From Ignavibacteria bacterium (GTDB lineage Bacteria; Bacteroidota; Ignavibacteria; Kapaibacteriales; UBA961), in assembly GCA_947491315.1 (NCBI GenBank), contig CANLII010000003.1, positions 79,443 to 143,442 on the forward strand: a DNA stretch of 64,000 bases, given 5' to 3'. Position numbers and translations under genes: made by a program. The notes under the pieces are model-generated. The model was not told the DNA's origin. It worked only from the letters and a program-made list of their open reading frames with translations, and searched no databases. Every line of letters starts with the position of its first letter. Position 1 is the stretch's first letter. Of the stretch, positions 49,204-59,210 are shown piece after piece.

Positions 49204-50343
49204 TGAAATCCCTGGTTTTGCAATCACTGTGATTTTTACTGATTTTTCAGGAGCAATCAAATTGCAATCATTCTTTGCTTGGACGGTATATGTACCTGAA
49301 ACTGAGGTTGTAATATTTTCTAGTAGTAGTTCAGGTCCTGATTGTGAAAGAAGAGTACCATTCTTCTTCCAGATATATGTGAATTGACTGCCATAAGTCC
49401 CATTTGCGACAAGCCGCACGGTTGAACCGGAGCATACATTTGAATCATTCGTGAAATTAAGTCCGGTTACAGGATTCGGGTTGATAACTACATATGCAGG
49501 ATTTGAAGTAATAGGACTTCCGCAAATGCCTGTAACTATACATGTATAAGTTCCTGTATTGCTTTGCTCGACTGAAGGAATAAAATATGTGGCTCTATCT
49601 TCCCCAGAAATATCATTGCCATTTTTCTTCCATTGATAAGTGAGTGAACCACCAATTGCATCCACAGAAAGAGTGACATCAGAACCTGGGCACACTGATG
49701 TGTCTTTTGGTTGATCAGTAATTTCCGTCAATTGATTGAATGAAAGAATTGCAGGATCGGAATTTATCTCTTGGCAGCCAGTGATTTTTACATTGTAAAT
49801 GCCGGCATCAGTCAATTGTAAATTGTTTTTTATCAATGTTGGATTTGTTTGTCCCGGTATTTCTTGTCCATCTTTGTACCATTGATAAGTAAAAGTATTG
49901 CTTGGAGGTGCTATTTGTAGAGAAAAAGTGATATTTCCTCCTGGGCAACGCTCATTGAAGACTTCCATTTGCATGACAATGATTGGTATCTCGGAAATGG
50001 AGAATTTTGCAGTGGTATCAGCAGCAGTATTATTAATAACTCTGATTCGGTATTGATCGTCCAATACAGTAGGCATGGTAATCATGAAATTTACGATGCT
50101 TTTCGCAACTTCACCTTTTCTAACCCAAGTTTGACCATTATTAGTTGACAATTCTATTTGAGTGAAATCATTTTGAAGGGCATTTGCAATCCATGTCACA
50201 TTGACAAGAGAACCTGAACATTGCACGCTTATTTCAGTCATGGTTTCTAGCTCAATCGATTGGCTGAGAACTGTCGAAAAACTCAATAGGAGCATTGAAA
50301 CAAGAAAAACTCTTTTGTAGAGTACTTGTAAGTTGTATTTCAT
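48043..50343 (-). CDS. Ig-repeat surface protein with choice-of-anchor-D/ASH-like domains and T9SS C-terminal sorting domain (paralogue B)
   Basis: ORF 48043..50418. I prefer ATG 50343 (MKYNLQVLYKRVFLVSMLLLSFSTVLSQS), which is preceded by AAGGAGGA. The architecture matches paralogue A. The C-terminal ~385 aa differ from A at only 3 residues. Confidence 0.8.
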   Translation of the reverse strand: MKYNLQVLYKRVFLVSMLLLSFSTVLSQSIELETMTEISVQCSGSLVNVTWIANALQNDFTQIELSTNNGQTWVRKGEVAKSIVNFMITMPTVLDDQYRIRVINNTAADTTAKFSISEIPIIVMQMEVFNERCPGGNITFSLQIAPPSNTFTYQWYKDGQEIPGQTNPTLIKNNLQLTDAGIYNVKITGCQEINSDPAILSFNQLTEITDQPKDTSVCPGSDVTLSVDAIGGSLTYQWKKNGNDISGEDRATYFIPSVEQSNTGTYTCIVTGICGSPITSNPAYVVINPNPVTGLNFTNDSNVCSGSTVRLVANGTYGSQFTYIWKKNGTLLSQSGPELLLENITTSVSGTYTVQAKNDCNLIAPEKSVKITVIAKPGISRQTADTTVYRGFATRLRIVTSGESLVYAWYKNDVLLPKDTTAIFTISQTQFADSGIYHCVLTNSCGIVESDPINLSVIQPPAGPKLALSVNTIDFGCIDRNTMKDTTLTGLIKNDGETQLTVSSITINGSQKANFSIIEGAGSFNLDAGATRTLKIQFKPDDKKFNTAELVIASNSTVGSETLLPLSGTSCFEEVITSNYEYGSIENGSPGKDTIIHVINSGTKAMRVDSVSISGPSFTIINPVTLPVTVNADDTMSITVKFNNANAGTYTETLNVKTGVGMYAYTVTGTVKQPSGIIELGEGRGFAVYPNPADNMLSISSKFEARIRDMKIIGKLGNTLGVLNSSEIAPGSTLNIQVNALPQGAYYLMITEHNEQTSAIPFLIVR

Positions 50344-50434
50344 GTATCCTCCTTTATTTCCAATAATGTATATACTAAAATTATGGATTTGAAAGTAAAC
50401 TAGCATCACTTCTGTCAAGTTGAGCTATGATGAA

Positions 50435-53041
50435 TCAGGAATTATTTACCTCATTTTTCAGTCTCATCAACTGCTCAAATGCCTGAATTGGAGTCAATTG
50501 ATTGAGATCCAAATCTTGAAGCGATCTTCTAATTGCATCATCGCGAATCTCAAAGATGGACATTTGTCCTGAATCTTGCCTTTCTTGAACTCTGGCGGAT
50601 TCAATATGTATATGGGTTTTATCACCTTCCATCTGCTTGAGTAATTGAGAAGCTCGGGAGATGATGGAGGGAGGTAAGCCGGCCATTTTTGCCACATGAA
50701 TTCCGAATGAATGATCGCTTGATCCTGGAATCACTTTATGCGTAAAAAGGATCGTGTTTTGCACTTCTTGAACTTCAACTTTATAATTAGATGCTCTTGT
50801 GAGGTGATCGGAAAGTGAAGTCAATTCATGATAATGGGTGGCAAATAACATTCTAGAATGAGTGATATCATGCACATGCTCGGCAATTGCCCATGCTATA
50901 GAGATTCCATCAAAAGTAGCGGTACCTCTTCCTACTTCATCCAAAAGGAGTAAACTTCTGGAAGTTGCATTATTCATGATATTCGCGGCTTCTTGCATTT
51001 CAACGAGAAAGGTACTTTCTCCGGCAGAAATATTGTCCTGAGCTCCAACTCGAGTGAAAATTCTGTCAACCAATCCAATATCCGCAGATTCAGCCGGAAC
51101 GAAACAGCCTATTTGAGCAAGTAATACAATCAATCCGACTTGTCGCAAATAACATGATTTACCGGCCATATTGGGACCAGTGATGATATGCATTTTTTCA
51201 TCGTCTGAAAAGAATGAGTCATTCGGTGTAAACGGTGTCGCGGGAGACAGTACTCTTTCAACAACCGGATGTCTTCCTGCGATAATGGTAAGATTTGTAT
51301 GTTCTGAAATCGTTGGTTGAACATATTGATAGGCAAGTGAAACTGAGGCAAAGCTTCGAAGGCAATCCAATTCCGCAATGGCTTTGGCAATACTTTGAAT
51401 TGATTCAGTGTATTGCATAATCATAGTGCGTAATTCTTGAAACAATTGTTGTTCCAATACCGATATACCATCATCAGCTGATGTGATTTTTGTTTCAATC
51501 TCTTTTAATTCTTGAGTGATATATCTTTCTGCATTGGCCAAGGTTTGTCTGCGTTGATATCTTTCTTCAGGAACTTTGGATTTATGTGTATTGCTGATTT
51601 CGATATAATAACCGAATACATTGTTAGAAGCAATTTTCAGTGAACTAATGCCGGTTTTCTCTCTTTCTCTTTCTTGATAATCTTTGATCCAATCTTTTCC
51701 TGATGTCAATGCCTCGAGATAGATATCCAAATCGGATGAATACCCTCTTTTGAATGCAATCCCTGAACCCAATTGTACAGGAGCTTCTTCAATCAAAGCT
51801 TGTTCAATGGCACTTGTGATTGTGGTCATATCATGCAATCTATTCCAGATAGAATCCAGCAGTATTGTCGGATATTGTTGGATCAATTGCTTGATTTCCG
51901 GAATCGCAAGAAGGCCGTTTTTTAATGCAATCATGTCACGAGGACCCGATTTCCCGGCACAGACCTTTGTGATTGATCTTTCCATATCACCGATTGATTT
52001 TAGTACTACCCCAAGTTGTACTAAAAGATCTTTTTGCTCACACAAAGTATTGACAGTGGTCAGTCTGGCTTCGATCAAAGCTTTATTTCTCAAAGGTCTT
52101 GCAACCCATTGCTTAAAGAGTCTGCTCCCCATCGGGGTGAGAGTATGATCCAAAACAGAAAGCAATGTACCATGCTTTTGATCATGAATGGAAGTGATTA
52201 TTTCAAGATTTCTTCTGGTGGCATGATCAAGAAGCATGAAATCTCCATGATCGAATACCGAGATAGTTTTAATTTGAATAGCAGATCTTTTTTGCGTCTC
52301 ATTGATATAATGCAGACATGCACCTGCGGACATTAATCCGGCTGACATTTCATCAATGCCAAAACCCTTCAGTGAAGCTGTATTGAAATGTCTTTGCAAT
52401 ACATCTCTTCCAAAATCAGCATCGAAAATCCAATCTTCTCTTTTGGTTATTGCAGGCTCAAATGGAAGATCTGCAAGTATGTCATTCAATTCTCTGGATA
52501 AAGAACGAGATATGATGATTTCTGCTGGAGAGAATAATTCCAATACGGATTCTAATGCATATCTGGCGATTTCAGTTGTATGGAATTCACCGGTTGAAAT
52601 ATCAGCAATGGCAATTCCATAAACGAGAAAACCCGAACGATGTGTATGAACTGCAATTGATGCGATATATGTATTCCTCTGAGCATCAAGCAATTTGTCA
52701 TAGAGTCCGATTCCGGGTGTGACAACTTCAATGACATCTCTTTTCACGATGCCTTTTGCTTGCTTGGGGTCTTCAACTTGTTCACAAACTGCAACTCTAT
52801 ACCCAGCTCGAACCAATTTTGGGAGATATGTATCCAATTGATGATGAGGAAATCCAGCTAGAGGAACTTCACCTGCATCACCATTATTTCTTTTTGTTAA
52901 AGTGATTCCACAAACCTTTGAAGCAATCACTGCATCTTCTTCAAATGTCTCAAAGAAATCACCCATTCTGAAGAGCATGACAGCATCAGGGTTTTTTGCC
53001 TTCATCTCTTTATACTGTCGCATTAAAGGTGTTTCTTTCAT
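50435..53041 (-). CDS. mutS: DNA mismatch repair protein MutS
   Basis: MRQYKEMKAKNPDAVMLFRMGDFFETF, Walker A GPNMAGKS, STFLVEMQE, LLLLDEVGRGT and ATHYHELT. 868 aa. Confidence 0.95.
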   Translation of the reverse strand: MKETPLMRQYKEMKAKNPDAVMLFRMGDFFETFEEDAVIASKVCGITLTKRNNGDAGEVPLAGFPHHQLDTYLPKLVRAGYRVAVCEQVEDPKQAKGIVKRDVIEVVTPGIGLYDKLLDAQRNTYIASIAVHTHRSGFLVYGIAIADISTGEFHTTEIARYALESVLELFSPAEIIISRSLSRELNDILADLPFEPAITKREDWIFDADFGRDVLQRHFNTASLKGFGIDEMSAGLMSAGACLHYINETQKRSAIQIKTISVFDHGDFMLLDHATRRNLEIITSIHDQKHGTLLSVLDHTLTPMGSRLFKQWVARPLRNKALIEARLTTVNTLCEQKDLLVQLGVVLKSIGDMERSITKVCAGKSGPRDMIALKNGLLAIPEIKQLIQQYPTILLDSIWNRLHDMTTITSAIEQALIEEAPVQLGSGIAFKRGYSSDLDIYLEALTSGKDWIKDYQEREREKTGISSLKIASNNVFGYYIEISNTHKSKVPEERYQRRQTLANAERYITQELKEIETKITSADDGISVLEQQLFQELRTMIMQYTESIQSIAKAIAELDCLRSFASVSLAYQYVQPTISEHTNLTIIAGRHPVVERVLSPATPFTPNDSFFSDDEKMHIITGPNMAGKSCYLRQVGLIVLLAQIGCFVPAESADIGLVDRIFTRVGAQDNISAGESTFLVEMQEAANIMNNATSRSLLLLDEVGRGTATFDGISIAWAIAEHVHDITHSRMLFATHYHELTSLSDHLTRASNYKVEVQEVQNTILFTHKVIPGSSDHSFGIHVAKMAGLPPSIISRASQLLKQMEGDKTHIHIESARVQERQDSGQMSIFEIRDDAIRRSLQDLDLNQLTPIQAFEQLMRLKNEVNNS

Positions 53042-53163
53042 CGCTTGAAAAATATATTGTCGGAAATATGAAATACATGCAATTTGCAGACTGCAAATTC
53101 GTGAAAAATCATGTAACTTTCATGTGATCCGGGGTAATTCAGATAATAATCAGTTCACCATAT

Positions 53164-54066
53164 ATGCTTAGACCACTTCTCTTCATTATTACATTTCTTT
53201 GTTTGCATACAAGTGATGCAATATCTGAAATATACGAGGGCTGGCTCGATCCGGACAGCACTGGACCGATTCAACCTCTATGGATGGAATTGAATGAATA
53301 TAAATCCGGTCAATTCACAGGTTGGTATGTAAATAGAATAGAACCTGACACCGTATATTTCAAAGGAGAAAGGGGAAAGAAGGGAATTGTGCTGAAAGTT
53401 ATGGCAAATAGAACCGTCGTGAAGGAACAATTCACATTACATGAATCCGATAGTGGTTTTGAAGGATTATGGAAACCCGCCAAAGGATATGGTTCAGACA
53501 TTCGATTATTCAAAACAGAAGCTGATTTTGCCAAGATTATGCAAGTATCCATTGATCCCAATATTTTGAGAAAAGGGAAGGGAAAACAAGACAGCATTTC
53601 AGACATTCAATATCTCATGGTGCGAAAGGGTATTGCATCCATCAAAGTGTATCGAGAAAGAAATGATGGACATCGACCTTGGATATCATATCATGTGATT
53701 GACCTCATCAAAAACAAAGAAATTCAATTGACAGATTATCTCATCGATCATGCTTTTGCGACAAAAAAAATCGATGCAGATTCACATGCAGAAGAATTGG
53801 CCATAGAGCAATTGAAACAATATGCGGAAGATGAATTGACAACCATGCAAGATTGCGGAATGGATCTGGATCAAGAATTGCATCTTGACAATGTGATTTT
53901 GTATCCCAATAGAACCGCAATCACTTTTGATTATTTGAATGTATTTGGAATGCATGAGGAGTGTGAGTATCTCATGTACCCAATTCAATACACCATTCCA
54001 ATTGAAGAGTTTAAAGCATGTATCAGACCCGGTTCTTTTCTGTCGAGATTGCTCGTCGGATCATAA
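53164..54066 (+). CDS. Secreted hypothetical protein
   Basis: Signal peptide MLRPLLFIITFLCLHTSDA. No motif I can assign; a vague resemblance to the DUF3298/RsiV C-terminal region is not supported well enough to call. Confidence 0.4.
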   Translation: MLRPLLFIITFLCLHTSDAISEIYEGWLDPDSTGPIQPLWMELNEYKSGQFTGWYVNRIEPDTVYFKGERGKKGIVLKVMANRTVVKEQFTLHESDSGFEGLWKPAKGYGSDIRLFKTEADFAKIMQVSIDPNILRKGKGKQDSISDIQYLMVRKGIASIKVYRERNDGHRPWISYHVIDLIKNKEIQLTDYLIDHAFATKKIDADSHAEELAIEQLKQYAEDELTTMQDCGMDLDQELHLDNVILYPNRTAITFDYLNVFGMHEECEYLMYPIQYTIPIEEFKACIRPGSFLSRLLVGS

Positions 54067-54927
54067 TGCTCCGAAAAGTCCTGTTGAGTAATCTTCATAT
54101 GCTTTTGCAATTTCTTCTCTTGTGTTCATGACAAATGGACCATAAGCAATTATTTCTTCGCGAATCGGTTTGCCAATCAATATCAAAGCTTTTGCTTGGG
54201 TGATTCCTTTCATTGATATCTTTTCACCATCATTAGCAAAAAGCGCGCAGTGATGTGTGGGGAAATTGTGATCCTGTATTCCGATTTCACCTTCAATATT
54301 CAATGCAATGGCAGTATAAGAAGAAGGGAATTCATAATCGAATGTTCCACCTTCCTCAAATTGAACCAAGAGCATGCGGATATCCGTGAATGTTGATGCG
54401 ACTCCTTTTATACCTTTGTACTCTCCGGCAATGACGGACACCTCAATCTTTTCTCCCTGATATACCGGAATTGATATATGTTCAATCGCTTGATATGAAG
54501 GCTTGGTCATTTTGTGTTTTGCCGGAAGATTCACCCACAATTGCGCCATATGAAATAATCCGCCTGTTTCTGTAAATGCATCGGAATGATACTCCTCATG
54601 CAAAATACCGGAACCCGCTGTCATCCATTGAATATCACCCTCACCAATTATCCCGCCACCACCTGAATTGTCTCTATGTGCTACGCTTCCCTTAAATGCG
54701 AAAGTAACGGTTTCAAAACCGCGATGCGGATGTACATCAACTCCTCTACGATGTGTGGTTGGAGTGAACTCATGTGGAGAGCCATAATCCATTAGTAAAA
54801 ATGGATCAGTTCTTTTCATACCACCCTCAATCTGACCCGGGAAAAAATTATGCACGCGAAATCCATCGCCAACAAAATGAGGTGGAGGTGGTGGAATGAT
54901 GGATTCAATTGTTCGGATGGTAAACAT
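54061..54927 (-). CDS. Pirin family protein (bicupin)
   Basis: HPHRGFETVTFAFKGSVAHRDNSGGGGIIGEGDIQWMTAGSGILHEE. Confidence 0.9.
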   Translation of the reverse strand: MFTIRTIESIIPPPPPHFVGDGFRVHNFFPGQIEGGMKRTDPFLLMDYGSPHEFTPTTHRRGVDVHPHRGFETVTFAFKGSVAHRDNSGGGGIIGEGDIQWMTAGSGILHEEYHSDAFTETGGLFHMAQLWVNLPAKHKMTKPSYQAIEHISIPVYQGEKIEVSVIAGEYKGIKGVASTFTDIRMLLVQFEEGGTFDYEFPSSYTAIALNIEGEIGIQDHNFPTHHCALFANDGEKISMKGITQAKALILIGKPIREEIIAYGPFVMNTREEIAKAYEDYSTGLFGAL

Positions 54928-54930
54928 ATA

Positions 54931-56031
54931 TTAATCTTTGGGATGTATTGTAAATGTATTCTGGTTAAACTTCACATCAATTTCTGGTATATCTTCGGCT
55001 GTCAAACGCTTGATTTCCTCTATGACGGAATGCTCTTCATCAATCATCGGACCTCCTCTTCCAAACTGTCTGGTAGAAATCACTTTGCCTTCTAAAAACT
55101 CTCCTTTGGAGGAAACACGCAATTCAAAAATTGGTGCCATTCCTGAGATGCCTTTGATATTGAATTTTTCATATGTGCAAAAATTACCCATTGAATAAGT
55201 AATGAATCTTCCTTTGTACATGTCGATTGCTCTTGTGATATGTGGTCCATGACCCAAAACCACATCTGCTCCCGCATCAATTGCTTTTCGTGCAAATGCA
55301 TAGACATCTCCTCGGTCTTGGCCGAGAAACATTTCGTGGTTACGAGGTACATGTGTATGCGATTGTCCTTCGGCTCCTCCATGAAAAGAAACAATCACTA
55401 TATCACAAAATGCATTTAGTTTCTTCACGATGTTCTGAAGCTCTTTTTCATCATTGATGTTTAAACATCCTTTATTCGGAGCGAATGCTGTCATACCGAT
55501 CAATAATCCTTTTACTGTCAATGTGTCCCAAGGACATGATGTTTGTCCGGCATATCGAATATCATGTTCTTTCAAAACCGAAACGGTATTGAGTCTGCCC
55601 GGCTCTCCCAAATCCGAAACATGATTATTCGCTATCGAAAACATATTGAAGCCGGCATCTTTCAATTCTTTGACAAAGTATGAGGGCTGTCTGAATACAT
55701 AACATGAAGCAGGATCTCCACATGATTTTGGGATACCACCACTATCAAGTATTGGACCTTCAAGATTGCCAAATACGATATCACCCTTTTTTAATGCTTC
55801 AGTTACGGGTCGTAAAAGAAATGCATCTTTCGGTGGCATAGATGATTCACTGGGATAATTTGTACCCATCATGATATCGCCAACAGCAGTGATGATGATA
55901 TCTTTGGACTTTTCTTTATCAATAACTGGACTAGATTTCTGTTGTACATGCTCATTGTTTTTTTCAGGACTGCATTGAAGCGAAGTCGTAAAAAGAAGTA
56001 AAATGAGTAGTAATTGTGAAGGTTTTGCCAT
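54931..56031 (-). CDS. CapA-family metallophosphatase-like protein (poly-gamma-glutamate capsule synthesis family)
   Basis: Signal/lipoprotein-like N-terminus (LLFTTSLQCS). Motifs GDIMMGTNYP, FGNLEGP, SIANNHVSDLG, SFHGGAEG, GHGPH. Confidence 0.8.
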   Translation of the reverse strand: MAKPSQLLLILLLFTTSLQCSPEKNNEHVQQKSSPVIDKEKSKDIIITAVGDIMMGTNYPSESSMPPKDAFLLRPVTEALKKGDIVFGNLEGPILDSGGIPKSCGDPASCYVFRQPSYFVKELKDAGFNMFSIANNHVSDLGEPGRLNTVSVLKEHDIRYAGQTSCPWDTLTVKGLLIGMTAFAPNKGCLNINDEKELQNIVKKLNAFCDIVIVSFHGGAEGQSHTHVPRNHEMFLGQDRGDVYAFARKAIDAGADVVLGHGPHITRAIDMYKGRFITYSMGNFCTYEKFNIKGISGMAPIFELRVSSKGEFLEGKVISTRQFGRGGPMIDEEHSVIEEIKRLTAEDIPEIDVKFNQNTFTIHPKD

Positions 56032-56154
56032 TGATATATACCCTACATATAGTAATGAATTGAAACTACTGGGAATTTACCGCTATTGATCACATTTTGA
56101 TAGAGTAAAATAGTATATTGTCAAGAGAATTGTGGTATAAAATCTGGGTAAATA

Positions 56155-56844
56155 ATGCGAGTAATTACAAGCATCTTGTTGGGTCTTTTTCTTTGGAGCT
56201 GTAATGGCGGAAGTGTGTTGGGTCCTGAATCTATGCGAGTTAAATTTCCAATAAAGGGAAGTACTTTCTATTTTGAATCATATGAAATCGATCGTTACAA
56301 TGATCGTGTTCCGGGATCAACTGTTGAGTATTCAAGTGTAGTGGTGAGTGCGGATACCATCCTGTTCGGAAAGTCTAACGTTTATGTGCTGCGGAATCAA
56401 TATCGCGATACAAGTTATCTTGAATTCTATCATGTTGACGAAGATCAAGATTTACAACAAAGAATGACTTTGCGTAATTCAACTGTATGGATGAAAATTC
56501 CCGTAAGCACTTTAGCCGAAACAAAGGATACTATTTCAGCATACATTGATCTTGGTCAAGGAAAAAGAGGAATACTTGAATATGTGTATATACATTCATA
56601 TTATGGTGATGAATTATATACACTTGATACTATAAAAGTAAGTGGAAGGAAATTCCGTTCACGATTGAAGTATCAAACAACATATTCGGGTAGAGTGGAA
56701 AATTCAGGAGAAATCCAAAGCATTGATCACTATCTGCCAAGTCTGGGTGTCATGGCTTATTCCTATAGTCCTGCGTATTATGACGAGCAGAATAGTAGAT
56801 GGATCAATGGATATGTGATTAGGTTGAAGAGATATGAGCAGTAA
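56155..56844 (+). CDS. Hypothetical lipoprotein
   Basis: Lipobox LGLFLWSCNGG. No other recognisable motif. Confidence 0.45.
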   Translation: MRVITSILLGLFLWSCNGGSVLGPESMRVKFPIKGSTFYFESYEIDRYNDRVPGSTVEYSSVVVSADTILFGKSNVYVLRNQYRDTSYLEFYHVDEDQDLQQRMTLRNSTVWMKIPVSTLAETKDTISAYIDLGQGKRGILEYVYIHSYYGDELYTLDTIKVSGRKFRSRLKYQTTYSGRVENSGEIQSIDHYLPSLGVMAYSYSPAYYDEQNSRWINGYVIRLKRYEQ

Positions 56845-56974
56845 GGGTTGATAGAGTGGTTGTACGCTCCCCCGAAAATAGTACCAGTAATAATTAATGA
56901 TCATTAACTGATTGTATGAGTTCAGTCTCTTTAAATGTCTAAAAAATTATTATAACACTATTCAAGAGAAATCT

Positions 56975-57500
56975 ATGCCAATTAAGTTTCAGTTATTTCC
57001 AAGATCTCAAAAAATATCACAGGAGTTAGTTGAGGTGGTTTGTGTTTTTACCGAAAAGCAAAATGACATTTGCAAGGCAAAAGGTAAACACTTAAGAAGT
57101 GATAAAGTTTTGAGCATATTGGCAGATGATTTGAGTAGTTTGGGATTTGAAGTAGAAACTGGAAAAAAGAAAGAGAATTTAATAAAAGTACCTGTCCATT
57201 TTTGGTTTAAATGGATCTTACGATAAATCGTTTGATGTGGACACTTATCACAATGAAACAAAAACAATTATTGAGATTGAAGCAGGCAGGGGCGTAGCTA
57301 ATAATCAGTTTCTAAAAGACTTGTTTGAGGCTTGTGTGATTCCAGATATTGATGTGTTAGTAATTGCTGTTCTGAATGAATATCACGTAGGCGATGTCAC
57401 AAATAAAGACTTCGAAACGGTAGTAAAATTTTTTGAAACTCTGTATGTCAGTGACAGAATGAATTTGCCACTTAAAAGCATTTTAGTTATTGGTTACTAA
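56975..57500 (+). pseudogene. Frameshifted PD-(D/E)XK nuclease-like gene (BamHI/BglII-like fold, tentative)
   Basis: ORFs 56912..57226 and 57237..57500 join into one reading frame if one T is removed from the T5 run at 57199-57203. The joined sequence reads ...LIKVPVHF|GLNGSYDKSFDVDTYHNETKTIIEIEAGRGVANNQFLKDLFEACVIPDIDVLVIAVL. The D...ExE...D/K pattern followed by a hydrophobic strand resembles BamHI/BglII-type catalytic cores. Confidence 0.45.
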
Positions 57501-57867
57501 TCTTACAAAAGTATCGATCACTATTTAACAGGGAAGTTAATTAGATAGAGTTTTTTGGAGTTGGTGCATATATATTCTGCCTGATTGTTGAAATATGACC
57601 ATAATATCTTGTTCAAATAAGTAGCTGTGTATTTTGGAAAATTTAGATTCCAATTAGGTGCTATATGGCAACTGTAGATAGATTTAAGTGGGTTAGAAAA
57701 GCGAAATATGTATATCAGTATAGACAGGAGGAATAGTAGAAAAATGAGTTGAAGAACTGAGAAATAAATTTCTAAACATATTCGGTTTGCTTTACAAATT
57801 GAAAGCAGTTCAGTAAAAAATAAGGGCAAGACTTGAAATTCATGGCAGACTGCGACTTATTTGTCAC

Positions 57868-57910
57868 ACAAAAAAAGAAAGTCCTTTGTAATTCATTGAT
57901 TACAAAGGAC
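57868..57910 (-). terminator. Rho-independent terminator downstream of tRNA-fMet (minus strand)
   Basis: Perfect 12-bp stem gtcctttgtaat (57881-92) / attacaaaggac (57899-910). On the minus strand it is followed by tttcttttttt. Confidence 0.75.
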
Positions 57911-57915
57911 TTAAG

Positions 57916-57988
<73 letters not shown>

Positions 57989-58036
57989 ATAAGGAAACAA
58001 ACATAGGTTATTTTATGGGGATAAGCAAGGCATAAA

Positions 58037-59077
58037 TTATTCTGAATCAGGATTCTCAATGACTTCTTCTGACTCTTGATTGGGATCTTGAGGGCGAAGC
58101 ACTGAAATTCCAATGCTTGTTGAAGATTCCGAGAGATAAGTAGATATTCGTTTATCCAGATAGACTCTTTTTTTCGCAGAAGAGGCATGGATGAATAAGG
58201 CCATCCCTTTTGCGTTTTTGATGATCATGCCTGTATGAGAATAATCCAATCCGGACTTATTTGTTGCAATGGCAATGATATCCCCAGTTTGCAATTTGCT
58301 TTCAATATCTTTGACTTGTGCATTGGGGATATACCAATGTTTTTGCGCATTTATTTCATTTTCAATGCCTTTAATTTTTCTTACCAATGTTGGTTCAGCC
58401 ACCAATTGTGGATAGTATTGAGGATTGGCACTCATAAATCCAATATTTACTGGGAAAGGTTTACCACCTAATTCTTTCGTTACATCTTTTACAACCCCTT
58501 TTTTTACATTATCTAAAATCCATTCAGAAGTATAGTGCAATCGGGAAGTGTATCCATCCATATTGCCACCACGGTATCGGGTATATTCAATCTGATCCAA
58601 AATATCACGAAAGGTAATGGAATTCGGGTTTTGTGTAATTTCATATTGCTTTATTTTTGCGGTTCTCGAGATATTCAATGTATTCTCAAAAAAAGTCACG
58701 CAATCAAGTCCTGTTAAATCCATGATGCATCGCTCGGGCATGAGCTCCAATGTGCCGCCTACATATCTTGCGCCAATCATCATGCTACCAATTTTCCCCA
58801 TGCATTCACCGATTGGCAAAGTGTGATAGTCTCTTTTGATCATTTCTTCAATCAAATGATCGAAGATATACCCTGTATTGATTTCTTTGTCTGCTTGTTT
58901 TGTTATTGGGTTTTTGACAGTACTATCCAGTGTTTTGACTGAGGAAGTACTATCCGGCTTTGAATTCATTACCCAGAATTTCGAATTCAGTTGAGAAGTC
59001 AATGCCGATATGGCCAGTGTGATTGAAACTGTGCCAATGATGACAAGGAGTAAATATGACAAGGTTTTACGCTGCAT
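58037..59077 (-). CDS. DUF1460 / N-acetylmuramoyl-L-alanine amidase-like domain protein, membrane-anchored
   Basis: ORF 58037..59125. ATG 59077 gives MQRKTLSYLLLVIIGTVSITLAISAL (a TM anchor). Motifs LDCVTFFENTLNISR, YTRYRGG, RLHYTSEWILDNVKKG and GDIIAIATNKSGLDYSHTGMII, as I remember them for DUF1460. Confidence 0.55.
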   Translation of the reverse strand: MQRKTLSYLLLVIIGTVSITLAISALTSQLNSKFWVMNSKPDSTSSVKTLDSTVKNPITKQADKEINTGYIFDHLIEEMIKRDYHTLPIGECMGKIGSMMIGARYVGGTLELMPERCIMDLTGLDCVTFFENTLNISRTAKIKQYEITQNPNSITFRDILDQIEYTRYRGGNMDGYTSRLHYTSEWILDNVKKGVVKDVTKELGGKPFPVNIGFMSANPQYYPQLVAEPTLVRKIKGIENEINAQKHWYIPNAQVKDIESKLQTGDIIAIATNKSGLDYSHTGMIIKNAKGMALFIHASSAKKRVYLDKRISTYLSESSTSIGISVLRPQDPNQESEEVIENPDSE

Positions 59078-59210
59078 TGTACTGTTAGGTGATTTGACAA
59101 GTATTTCGTAACATTGTAGCCCCATGAAAAAATAGTAAAAGATGGGGCAAAACGAATTATTGAATGAAGATTTACCCTTTCATCGGGCTTAACCCTACAC
59201 AATTTTACAC

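Noticed and set aside
57521-57829. A 102-aa minus-strand ORF with a hydrophobic segment in the AT-rich islet.
   Set aside because: It starts with TTG and has no internal Met and no ribosome-binding site. Its Leu/Ile/Phe/Asn-rich composition is typical of translated AT-rich non-coding DNA.
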